Shown in pieces: positions 44,195 through 56,856 of a stretch of 64,000 nucleotides of DNA. The DNA is from Bugula neritina (Eukaryota; Animalia; Bryozoa). Where the stretch lies: the NCBI GenBank assembly GCA_964035545.1, contig OZ037769.1:6181929-6245928 (forward strand). Reading direction: 5' to 3'. How positions within the stretch are numbered: the first letter of the stretch is position 1; every line of letters begins with the position of its first letter. The translations under genes were made by a program, and so were the position numbers. The notes below the pieces were generated by a model. It was not told the DNA's origin. It saw only the letters and a program-made list of their open reading frames with translations, and did no database searches.

Positions 44195-45446
44195 CTTTGA
44201 GTAGTGCCAAATCCCAAACAAATATTTCTATAATCTTGTGGGCTTTGAAATCGTTCCAGTAATACTTTTTTCACTACAATGCCATGTAGTGTATTTCTAT
44301 TTTAATTGATTGATCATTACAACATTTTAATTATTTTTTTCAATCTTTCTTTTGTAAATTTAATTACAATATTATATGTTATTGGAAAGTGATTACTCAT
44401 TCTAGATCGTTCTATGTATTTAACTTTAATAACAAAATAAATTATACTAAAACATTATTGACGTTAAGTTCAATTAGAGGAAAGAAAGCTCTTGTTATAT
44501 ACCTCAATCTGTAGACAGTTACTGTTTTGGATTTGTCCCCTCATCAGCACAGAACAGAGTACCAAAACCCACACATTCTCAATCGAAGAAACTTATGTTT
44601 TTACCCATGCATATTTAAAAGGTGTGTAAACTCAAGCCAGGGAGCTTTTTATAATGATATTATTACTTCTACAAAAAGTTTTACAGTGCATTGCTTTTAT
44701 GTCTATTGTGATTAGAAGGACTGTTGAACAGTCAATATGTTGTTGAGTCTTAGATTGAGTTGAGGCCATTTATTATAAAGGTCCAACTACTGTAGAGATG
44801 GTGTTTAGGTGGCACTGCTAGTAGAGGCTTTATTCAGAGTGTTGCTAATGCTGTTCCATGAGCTTTTTAGCACCACTGTCAAGCATTTCATAAGTTTTTG
44901 TTATTCACTTGTTGTGTAGGCTGTGTGAAGCCATAGCGCATAAGCATATGTTTTTCAATAACTGAATCCCATACTCTGACAACACAGTAAATAGTGTGAG
45001 CATGTGGACACAATAATTCGTAAAAGAAAAATATTAATTTTTTCAAGTTATGAAGTTGTTTATCTCAAACTCTGCAAGTGTTGACTACCATACCTAGTAT
45101 GTATGAAATATTGGTACAATAATAATATTCAGCGCTGCCAAGAAAGCCACCATTATGGTCTCGGCAGCTATTCTGGTACAAAGAGTGAATAGAGTGAAAA
45201 GAATAACTAGTTTCCATATGCAGCATTAGAAAACTATACGTTGGGGAAAAATGCAAATGGAATTACCCAAAAAATTATGCATACATTCATTAGCCAACAA
45301 TGCTCTCAAACAGTTTAAAAAATATGTTGGAAATTTCAATAATTCGCAGACATGGTATTTTCTAGCTACAATGATTTACTTTATTGATTTCGGCCAGAGA
45401 TTATTTAAGCAGAACATAGCGATAGGGGCTTTCCATAGTGAATGCA

Positions 45447-47327
45447 ATGATATATGGTAGAAGCAAAGCATGTTTCGAAGCTGTAATTGCCATCACCATA
45501 ATACATGCTGCCATCGGTCAAAATTTTAGCCCATATTTTGTTTCTGTAAGTAATGTTTAATGTATTTTGTTTTTATTCAATTTGTTACCAATATAGGCTT
45601 TTATACATTTTAAACTTTGATTTATTTTATTTTATTAAGATGACAAGTTAACAGAAAAAGTCTAAGGATAAATTCACTATTACCACTATAGCATGAACTA
45701 CCCATTTTAATTACATGTGTACTGAAGTATAAATTGCAGTGAATTGCTATAAATACACATGTTTCTCTGCTAAGCATGGATATTCTTAAAACTGTTGCTA
45801 TAACATTCCTCTACTGATAAATCTGCAGCAGCCTTTACATGTTGTGACTATGTTTTAGGGCGGAGTCAAGCCTTGGGTTATAATAGCAGTGGTATGTGCT
45901 GCGCTAGCCCTTGCCTTACTCGCCGGTCTCAGCTGCTTCTGTGTTTATAAAGTGAAAAAGAAACTTGGAAAGGCCGAGGAACAAAAAAAGCAGGACATTC
46001 GTAAGTAGTGCCATACTAAATACCATAATGCACTGCTGAAATGAGCCGAATTAATAAAAGCAATTTTTAATATAGCATTTATATACAGTTAATTTACTTT
46101 TTATATTAATCAAAAACAAGAATTTGTCTACAGTTTATTTATTACCATGTTGTATGAACAAGTTTACAATAATTTCATATATTTAATTCATAGTTATTAA
46201 TCATTGAACAACAAATAAGATTCTTTGTAGAATATGATAAATGTGGGCATATGTTGACACATAAGTTTTTAGATGTGTGTAACAAAACAGGGTTACTAAC
46301 AGTTTCTAAATATGTAGAACTATTTCCAAGTATACCCCATTTATTATCCTGGTATGTTAAATTAAAGCAATAATTCCAATTTAATGTTAGCCAAAATCAT
46401 TGCGTTCGAAAACTAGAAAATATGAACTCAATATAAATTAGTGCCAGCAAAATATTATATCAGTTTATGAAAATTGTAGAAAAAGACATTTTACAAAAGT
46501 ATTGGTCGTCTAGAATGCTGTACAATCAGCAGATACGAATCGGCTCCACAGGGGGAGGGGGAGGCCCATTTCGAAGAAATACAGAAACTTCCAAGGAACA
46601 AAAAAGTAAAGACGGAATGTTTGACTCTGGAAACAGCTTCACATTTCCAATGATAGGACTAGGAGCAGAACAAGGTCAACAACCAAACATGATGCAATGC
46701 ATGCCAATGCAAATTATGATGGGCCACCCAATGTTCTCCCAGTCTAACATTGTGCCAGTTATGATCGCACCAACATCTCTCATACCAGCTTATCCATTTC
46801 CTCCGTCTGAGAAGTCAGAACCTAAGGAAAAAGAACCAGAACCTACCAAGTCAGTAGTAGAGGCCGTTTCACATCATCGATCAGACAGAAAAAAGGAGAG
46901 AATGCAAGCTGAACTTTCCGATGTCACAAATGAACAAGTTATAAGGGTGGAGTCTGCTGGGAGTCTGAATAAAGCGTCAGAGTATATGGCATCTGGTCAG
47001 CAACATTTTTTCCAAGGAACATCCATGACTGTATATAACATAGACCAGTACGATATAAACCCAACAGGAAGTAATAAAGGACCAAATCATTCATCAGATG
47101 ACAAATTGAATAAAGTTAGCGATACTACACCATCTACAACATCGATGAAAACGTACATTCCAACAGCCGAATTAGGTGCAGTCAAGCATCGTACAGGTGG
47201 CCATAGACGACGGAGAAAAAATACAAAATACAAGCCGCCTGACCACCAACACCAGCGAAGGAGTAAAGCTGGGTCGAGAGTTCAACCAGAGGTTGCTGCT
47301 TCGGCACCAAAATCGACGAAGAACTGA
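45447..47327 (+). CDS. Orphan single-pass membrane protein with a long disordered cytoplasmic tail, 3 exons, ~362 aa
   Basis: Exons 45447-45545, 45859-46000 and 46480-47327 are in frame. They encode a signal-peptide-like N-terminus, TM WVIIAVVCAALALALLAGLSCFCVY, basic KVKKK and a low-complexity tail. Exon 1 is the least certain. Confidence 0.65.
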
Positions 47328-49425
47328 GTTGATCACAGGAAGTAGTTGCAAGTCTACTATGATTGGATAATTCTTACACAAAAAAGTATCTTGACTCATT
47401 CTTTGTTCACAGATAGAAGGGACCACAATATAAAATTCATAGGCATTTTATCGAATTTTGTAAACATTAATTCTTAAATTATATAAAGGAATTCTGCTCT
47501 CCAAAACTTGTGCTTGTATTCTAATTTTTAACAATATAAATGTTTGGTACAAGTTTGATTATATGCAACAGCTATTAGGAGCTGAGTTGTAAATGAGAAC
47601 AGACAAATTATAATACATCACACAATGCGTTCAAATCAACAGGTGTTTCTCTAAGCCACAAAACTGACCAAATTAACTTGGTTTCCTGATTGCAGAACTG
47701 CGCCCTTACTTAATTTTTAAATAACCAGATATATAGATTGTGCTAGAAAATGACTATGTGGGTTTTGAGATCTGTAGATGAAAATATTTGGATTTTGTAG
47801 CAAAGTGGAGTCAATACAAGGAGCTTATAGAATTACAAAACTTTTTCTGTACCATCATTGCAAAAAATAATATGTTATAATAAAAATAATATATAATATA
47901 AGTAATATAATATGTTATACCATTATGACTATAGGCATTAGTAAAATAATTAAATCATAACTGTTGGTAAAATTCTTGCTGACTGAACCGAGAATGACAG
48001 CTGGCTTAGTTAAGTTTGTTGCTGCTAAATGATTGAACTTGCATCTTTTATTGCGTTGGAACATTTTCTGGTTCTAAAGATTAGCCACGACAAATTCACT
48101 GTAGTTATAGGAAATTTTCTCTAATATTGTATATTATTAATATTATATTATCAATAATAAAATAATATATCATTGATATACTATTCAAATGAGGTAAGCT
48201 AAGCGAAAATCTAAATATCAATATGTTTCAGTAAATTCACATATGAAAAGAGATTCCAGTAAAAATGAGGTTCATCAAACTAGGGTCTGATTTATTATGT
48301 AATTATGAGGCACAAAACAATGTCAAATTTATACATAAATAACCTCATCATTTGTAGTAGTATAGCTAGAAGACCACTGAGTTCTTCACAATAGTATATT
48401 GCTTACATGAGTTTCTAAGCGAGGTCAAAAATTCAAATCCATGGAGAAAATAGTCCTGGTCCTGCAAGTTTAGGCTCCAAATGTTAAGTTTAGCCAGTAT
48501 ATTCAACATAAATTAAAAGAAATATAATTAATTTTTAGTTCTTGCAAGACTTCTTCACTTGAAGCTTTGAAAACCAGTAAAATCATTGTGATGAAATAGG
48601 CACATGTGCATCGAATTGTGCGCTGCAAGTGGTTATCATCATTCATTATTTTAGAAAATTTAATTAGCTTGCCAATTCTACTGAAGTCTCTGGTGAATGA
48701 AACTATTTGCAGAAAATAATAATTTATTGCAACTAATTCAGAACAACATGCATAACTGAACTGATAATTAAACAGAGCAGCTTATCATACAACATGTACA
48801 TAACAACCCTTTGGTTTAATTGTCTGAACAGAATATATAGCGAAATATTAATTAAAATTACTAAAGTCTCTGAGATCATGCGTAGCAGGAGCCAAATGAA
48901 ATGTTTAAATCATGTAACAATAAAAAGTTGTGACTTAATATATAACATAATCAATTTCATATTAATGTGTTCTTGCGTCAAAGGTCGAAACACACACAAT
49001 AAATAAAATTAGAGAAATTTTTTTATTGACGAGGTTGGATCATAAATTATTTTAAAAGTTGTATTTATCTATCTTATTGAGAGTCTAGTTTGAGCTTAGT
49101 AAGTAGTGAAACCAAAGCTCCCATATTATATTACGAGTTATTACTTAGAATCAATTTTAAAGTCATAGGAAGCAGCCCGTTTTACTCCGAATAGGACTAA
49201 GGCTAATACACTAATACAATAAAATACCACCTGGTTTTCTTAGACTTCCAATTTAAATTTACTGCCAATTTCCTCCATGCAAATTTCAACCTTTAAAATA
49301 ACTGGCTTTGATAAAAATATTTTTGACTATATTTTAAAGTAAAACTATTTAAAACTCTTTGAATACAACTGTTGCAGCGTAAACCTTACATGACTGCTTA
49401 TAAATTACATAACACACTGACTAGT

Positions 49426-52400
49426 CTATTCCGATTTCTGCTTGCTGCCGATTGAAATGCTGTCACCTTCGCCATCAAAACTCTGTCCAAACTCGTTAAC
49501 CCTGGTTTTATCCACTGGATATAACCTACACAAACATCAATCAACTTGCAACCACTAATCAAACATGCTGTTTATAGGTTATGTAACAGATGAAACTCAA
49601 GTTATAAACATTTAAAATTTTCAATTAACTTTAACTTAATGTCCAGTCAACATGTATATATAATATATTAACTAGCTAATAACACAGGTCAACCAGATCA
49701 ACAGAACAATTCTTAAGAGTTATTGGCATAAGCGACTCTAATTTATGTAGAAACCTGGAAGTACTGTACAGGAAATAGTTCCACAGTTACACATAGATAG
49801 TCTATGAAGAGGCTGTTTATGTGTACAGACTGTGTAGAAGCTTTCGGACAGCAAGAAGCAGAGAAAGTGAATACACTCACCACCTCTGGTAGAGATAGAC
49901 AAGGAACAGAGAAAGTGAATACACTCACCATCTCTGGTAGAGGTACACAAGGAACAGAGAAAGTGAATACACTCACCACCTCTGGTAGAGGTAGACAAGG
50001 AACAGAGAAAGTGAATACACTCACCATCTCTGGTAGAGGTAGACAAGGAACAGAGAAAGTGAATACACTCACCATCTCTGGTAGAGATAGACAAGGAACA
50101 GATAGAGTGAGTACACTCACCATCTCTGGTAGAGATAGACAAGGAACAGAGAAAGTGAATACACTCACCATCTCTGGTAGAGATAGACAAGGAACAGAGA
50201 AAGTGAATACACTCACCACCTCTGGTAAAGATAGACAAGGAACAGATAAAGTGAATACACTCACCATCTCTGGTAGAGGTAGACAAGGAACAGAGAAAGT
50301 GAGTACACTCACCATCTCTGGTAGAGATAGACAAGGAACAGAGAAAGTGAATACACTCACCATCTCTGGTAGAGATAGACAAGGAACAGAGAAAGTGAAT
50401 ACACTCACCACCTCTGGTAAAGATAGACAAGGAACAGATAAAGTGAATACACTCACCATCTCTGGTAGAGGTAGACAAGGAACAGATAAAGTGAATACAC
50501 TCACCACCTCTGGTAAAGATAGACAAGGAACAGATAAAGTGAATACACTCACCATCTCTGGTAGAGATAGACAAGGAACAGAGAAAGTGAATACACTCAC
50601 CATCTCTGGTAGAGATAGACAAGAAACAGAGAAAGTGAATACATTCACCATCTCTGGTAGAGGTAGACAAGAAACAGAGAAAGTGAATACATTCACCATC
50701 TCTAGTAGAGGTAGACAAGGAACAGAGAAAGTGAATACACTCACCATTTCTGGTAGAGGTAGACAAGGAACAGAGAAAGTGAATACACTCACCACCTCTG
50801 GTAGAGATAAACAAGGAACAGATAGAGTGAATACACTCACCATCTCTGGTAGAGGTAGACAAGGAACAGAGAAAGTGAATACACTCACCATCTCTGGTAG
50901 AGGTAGACAAGAAACAGAGAAAGTGAATACATTCACCATCTCTAGTAGAGGTAGACAAGAAACAGAGAAAGTGAATACATTCACCATCTCTAGTAGAGGT
51001 AGACAAGGAACAGAGAAAGTGAATACACTCACCACCTCTGGTAGAGGTACACAAGGAACAGAGAAAGTGAATACACTCACCATCTCTGGTAGAGGTAGAC
51101 AAGGAACAGAGAAAGTGAATACACTCACCATCTCTGGTAGAGATAGACAAGAAGCAGAGAGAGTGAATACACTCACCATCTCTGGTACAGGTAGACAAGG
51201 AACAGAGAAAGTGAATACACTTACCACCTCTGGTAGAGGTAGACAAGAAACAGAGAAAGTGAGTACACTCACCACCTCTGGTAGAGGTAGACAAGGAACA
51301 GATAAAGTGAATACACTCACCATCTCTGGTAGAGGTAGACAAGGAACACCAAGTCATCTCGGAAACAAGCAACTCTGTGAGCCGTTGGCATCGTTATTAT
51401 GAAGGCAAACACATCATCTATAAACGTGTTGAATGCCTGCAGTGGTAATAATATATATATATATAATATAGATATCTACAATTGCACATCTTGATGCATT
51501 ATAGAATCTATATCTAGGATTTTTTCTGCTATAAGTAAAAAAGCCAACAATCAGTATGAAATAAATAATGACGGACAGTTTACCAGCCAGTGATAAAAAA
51601 ACATATATTTCATGTAAAATGTGTGTAACAGAATATATCAACTTATTTTTCAAAATCCATATTTTGCCTCGTATATTGCTATCTCATATCCAAACAACGT
51701 AGCATGTACACAAATAATTTGCATTATACACAAATATAAGTAACATTATCTTCTCACGCTGTAACATGAATATCTCACTTAATACATGAATATCTCACCT
51801 CATGCATGAATATGTCTCACCTTATACATGAATATATCTCACCTAATAAACCAACATCTCACCTTATACATGAATATCTCACCTAATACATGAATATCTC
51901 ACCTAATACATAAATATCTCACCTTATACACGGATATCTCACCTTATAGACAAATATCTCACCTTATACAGGAATATCTCACCTTATACATGAATATCTC
52001 ACCTTATACATGAATATCTCACCTTATGCATAAATATCTCACCTTATACACGAATATCTCACCTTATACACGAATATCTCACCTTATACACGAATATCTT
52101 ACTTTATACACGGATATCTCACCTTATACACGGATATCTCACCTTATACATGAATATCTCACCTTATACACAAATACCTCATCTTATACATAAATATCTC
52201 ACCTTGTACATGAATATCTCACCTTGTACATGAAAGCTCTCCACGGAAGGTGAGCGACAGACTTCAGCTTATAGTTGACAAACAGTTGAGGCAGCATGAA
52301 GAGGAACCCGAAGGCATAGACTCCATTGACTAGACTCTGGAGGCACCACGAATACCAGCTGCAGACGATAAACTAATAATAATAGTCTGACAGGAAAACT

Positions 52401-55400
52401 GAGTAAAAAATTTACACAAAATTTCAAGTTGAAATTCGAAACCTCTGTGAATGAAACAGCAACTACTGCAGTTGGTGCAAAGATAGCAATAAAACTAAGG
52501 AGGCAACTCCCTAATTGAACCGAGTGTAATATAAATTGCTGAGGTGGGTTTAATATGTGGAAGCAGTCAGAAAAGTTAATAGCAAGTATTTTACAGCCTG
52601 GTACTTCAGCTCGTTTGGTTATTAAATAAGACTTCATATGTTTGAAATAACGTAATTATGAGGCACATAGAAAGTAAATACATTGATACAAGGAGTTACA
52701 GATGTGCAGAGATCAATTGTGCGCAAATACTCACTATGCTATGCTCAGCCAGTCTAGAAAGTACAAACATTGACTAAACGACAAGACTAAATCATTTTAA
52801 GTTATACTTTAATCAGCTATTCAGTATTAAATGGGTAGGAAAGACAATAAATAGATGGGGGAAATTAGCCATTCAAAAATTGTTAAGTTAAGATTTCTTG
52901 CCTTTTATGTGGAGTGTAGAGAAGGGAGTATATAGCACCACACGCCACTAGTGGATAGAGGGCGTAGCTGAGGTATTTCATAGCAGTAGCATCAAACTGC
53001 TCCGTCTCTTTCTCTTTGTCTGATATACTGCCAAACTGTGGGAGCAAAAAAACGGTGAAAGAATGAGAAAAATTGCACAAAACTTATTGCTGTTAATTTG
53101 ATGGGAGTTTTAACCCTACTATTAGTAACTTTTCCAATACACCTGCTAAAAAAAAAATTTTCTAATAAATATTACAAAAAGGTAATTTTTAACAGCTTTT
53201 TTTATTTCGTATTCATGAGCCGACCAGTATGGATGTGGTATACAGATTCATCTACTCACAAGTTGTTGCAGCTGCAAAAAGTTCAACACGACTTCTAATA
53301 ATCAATAGATTTTAGATATATCATCTCTATATACTAAGTGAAAAAAGATATTCTATATACTAAGGATAGATCTACAGATGGTGCTATTACAGGGCTACAG
53401 TTAAGAATATGCCACGCAGACTGAGGAGTTGCCCTCTCTATCTATTATAACCAACGTTATGCACATATAGAGTATCAAGCATTAGAAGGCTACTAAGTGA
53501 ATAACATATCTGCACCTAACACTGCAACTCTAAACGCAGCTTAAAAAATCACACTCACTGTAACTGGGTTTTTCGACCAACTTAAAGTAATTTTTAAAGC
53601 TTTCTTCAGCTTCCATATTTCTATAAGGGCGGAGATGCCAGTTGGCACGAGCACAAGTAAGCTGGTCTCTGAATCCACCAGGTAGAAGAATATAATGATA
53701 GTGCTGACGCAACGCCACATCACTGAAACATACAAAACACAGTTTCAGAACATGCATTTCCCCAATCAGCATCTAATTTTCATCAAACAATTGATAGTTT
53801 TCATCTACTTATCAGTAAAACATTTATAGGTATATATACCTAAAAAAAGATGAAATGAAAATAACAAGAAAGGCTACAGTAAAAAAGTAATGCCCTTTTA
53901 GTTTTAAATTTTTTATTCTAAAAATCAAGAATACTATGTTGAAGAACAGCATGTCACTTCACAGCTGGTAAGCCCAACCTGCTGGCTATAGTTAGTGACT
54001 CACCAACTCTTGTTGATAGACCGACCATGTTCTCCCTTTTCCTCCAATAGCTGATGTCATTCTTGAAAGCTAACGTGTCAAACAGTATCTACAAATACAC
54101 CATGATGCTACAGCATGGCAAATAACATTTCTCTAAATACACCGTGTTTAATAGATTCCTGGTAAACACTCACGTGCAATGCAGAGATGATGAATGTCAA
54201 CAACAGGAAATAAATGTTTGTGTCAACAAGAATCCCCTTTACTTCGTCAATCTCTTTCTCACCAAACCCTAAAAGTTTTAATTCAATAATAAATCTGAGT
54301 GAAAGAATGTTACAGGACCGAAGTGCAAGACAAGTCCATATAATACTCTTTCAGAAGAAAGGCGTTCATAAAACAAATTATCTATTCGGTTTTAACCACA
54401 AGGAATTATAAGTTAATCACCAAAACGAAAATAAATGACAATTTCTTTAAAATTAAAAATAGTTAAAATGGAGTGTAAGGGTAAACATATAATGAAATAA
54501 TATTAATTAGCCATAGGAAATATTGTTCAGTGGTAGAGTATTAACATATTTGCAACAACTAACACACCATAACCACCCAGCTGCTTGAATGCCAATTCAA
54601 AATTAGTCCACAGTTTCAGTTTACCAGCACTGAGAGGTTGATAGACTATAGTCAACGGCAATTCCACTGCGTTCGGTTTCATCCTCTGCAAAATATAAAC
54701 AAAATATAACATCCTCTATAAAATGGTGCAAAAACCATTATATATAATAAAACTAAATGATGTACGACAACTCCCGGGTGCTTATTACACATTATGAATG
54801 AACACTTGGCAACAGTGTTTGCTTTCAGTGCCACTTGATCAAACTGGCACACAAGAATTGCAAAACTGAATTTTCATCACAGAATTGTTCATCAGCTTAT
54901 TCTTCGATTACACTCAGTGACTACATGCATGAATAGACATCACCCTTGACAGTAAACCATCGCACATTCATTTTGCCTTAGACACCGTTGATATGAAAAT
55001 CAACTTTGAAAAGCAATCATTAAATATTTTACTGAAAAAAGCACCTAAATACTACCTTGCGACTGTAAGATATACTTACCTCTAAATCACTGAGTCTGGA
55101 GCTCAAGTGATCAACCATTACTATGGGGAGATAACTTCTTGTTTCCTGATCAATTCTATTTTTGATATACGGGAATATTTCTGGAGGCAACTCCCGTGTA
55201 TTCAGTGCTATGTCTTCAGACATTACGGACCAAATTACTCTATTTTTCCAATGAAGGACTTTCTCACTATTTGTTTCTTCTACAGAGTTATCCTCTCCCA
55301 TCAGATTGAAAGCCTCCGCCTTTGGGACGGACATTTCAGTGAGTCGGGCCGTAATCTTGGTTATTCTCTTGTTATCAGAAAGAGGCTCGACACCAGATGG

Positions 55401-56856
55401 CGCTAAGATCATGTGTAGATAATAGTCACTCGTTGATACCGAGGTGCGAGATATGTTGAGAGATCTAACAAATAGTAGCCATTAATTATAATACGCATGA
55501 AGTAGTTGATGTATTTAAACATGTGTCATATGTAAAGCAGTACAACTATGTGTATTTACTGAATGTTGTGTAGATTAGTTGAAAACAATACTGAGAATGT
55601 ATCCATCATAACAGATTAAAAACCTGCAAGACTAAAGTAAATAATTTGACCACTCACTTACACAATACACCTACACAGTGCATTTACACAGTACACCTAC
55701 ACAATACACTTACACAATACACTTATACAACACATGTACACAATACATTTATTTACACAATACACCTACACAATACACTTACACAATACACCTACACAAT
55801 AGACTTACACAATAGACTTACACAATACACCTACACAATACACCTACACAGTACACTTACACAGTACACTTACACAATACACCCACACATTACACCTACA
55901 CAATACACCCACACACTACACCTACACAATACATCTACACAGTACACTTACACAGTACACTTACACAGTACACTTACACAATGCACTTACACTTCCTGAG
56001 TTGAAAATATATCAAAGTTTTCTTTCTCATGTAGAAGTTTTCCAAGAGATGAACTTTTAGTTGACCCATAAAATGATACCTAAAATGTCCCAAATATAAA
56101 TAGAATTAACATTTGGGATTTTAGGAAAATACTTTTAACTAAAATATACTTTAACAGAAGCAAGTGCAAATACGATATATATGCTAAAATATAGTCCATA
56201 TGCTTCCCTTTAATTTTCACTTCAAGACAATTGAGTAGCCTATAAACTATATATAATTATATATAGTTATATAATATAATATATAATATTGTAATACATA
56301 ATATATAAAATATAATTATATATAATATATAATTATATAAACTATATAATATAATATAATATATAATATTATAATACATAATATATACTTATATATAATC
56401 CTTTTGAAAGCATATAACAAAAACATATAGTATACACATGTATGACAACAGTATGTAGCATTTCTGCAAACTACTCAATTTATGACTAACAAATGAACGA
56501 CTCACTTTGCCTTCTTTCAACTTTTAAGTAGCAACACGCTTAATTGATGTCACTTTAAATCAGGATTACTAAAAATACTACTAATAAGATATTCTCTTCT
56601 ATTAAACAAAAAAGCTGCATTATCAACTTTTATTACAATAACATTTAAAAAGATAATAAATTACCGAGAGTTTTTCATGATTATATTTCCCACTTCTTTT
56701 CTGTATAAATAACCATGAGGAAATGCATATGGCTGATTGATCAGTAGCCTCAGTGCATTGAGGAACGTGAAACATTGTGTACATTGTCCATATTGTGTGC
56801 CCAATATATGCTACACACAGTCCTATTAGCACAGTGGTTAAAGAAAACCGTGGCAT
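49426..56856 (-). CDS. CLPTM1L: CLPTM1-like protein (lipid scramblase CLPTM1L), 11 exons, ~537 aa
   Basis: Exons 56856-56665, 56079-55991, 55464-55080, 54685-54568, 54268-54174, 54088-54004, 53722-53559, 53035-52902, 52358-52223, 51436-51321 and 49525-49426 (1614 nt). Motifs: [26 protein letters not shown]...[71 protein letters not shown]; C-terminal KQKSE. Confidence 0.95.
49855..51348 (-). repeat. 48-bp minisatellite (~31 units) copying the CLPTM1L exon-10 donor
   Basis: Gene-strand unit tgttccttgtctacctctaccagagatg|gtgagtgtattcactttctc = last 28 nt of the exon plus the first 20 nt of the intron. Confidence 0.97.
51765..52234 (-). repeat. 20-bp minisatellite (~23 units) copying the CLPTM1L exon-9 donor
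   Basis: Gene-strand unit ttcatgta(c/t)aag|gtgagata; the first unit is the true junction at 52223/52222. Confidence 0.95.
55650..55992 (-). repeat. 13-bp minisatellite (~26 units) copying the CLPTM1L exon-2 donor
   Basis: Gene-strand unit gt|gtaagtgtact or gtgtaggtgtatt, starting exactly at the junction 55991/55990. Confidence 0.92.

Noticed and set aside
49738-51402. Three overlapping 526-544-aa ORFs
   Set aside because: Artefacts of a 48-bp (16-codon) repeat lacking stops in three frames; they lie in CLPTM1L intron 10 and have no independent gene signals.
49855-52234. CRISPR-like appearance of the regular arrays
   Set aside because: Units are contiguous with no unique spacers, there are no cas genes, and the context is eukaryotic and intronic.
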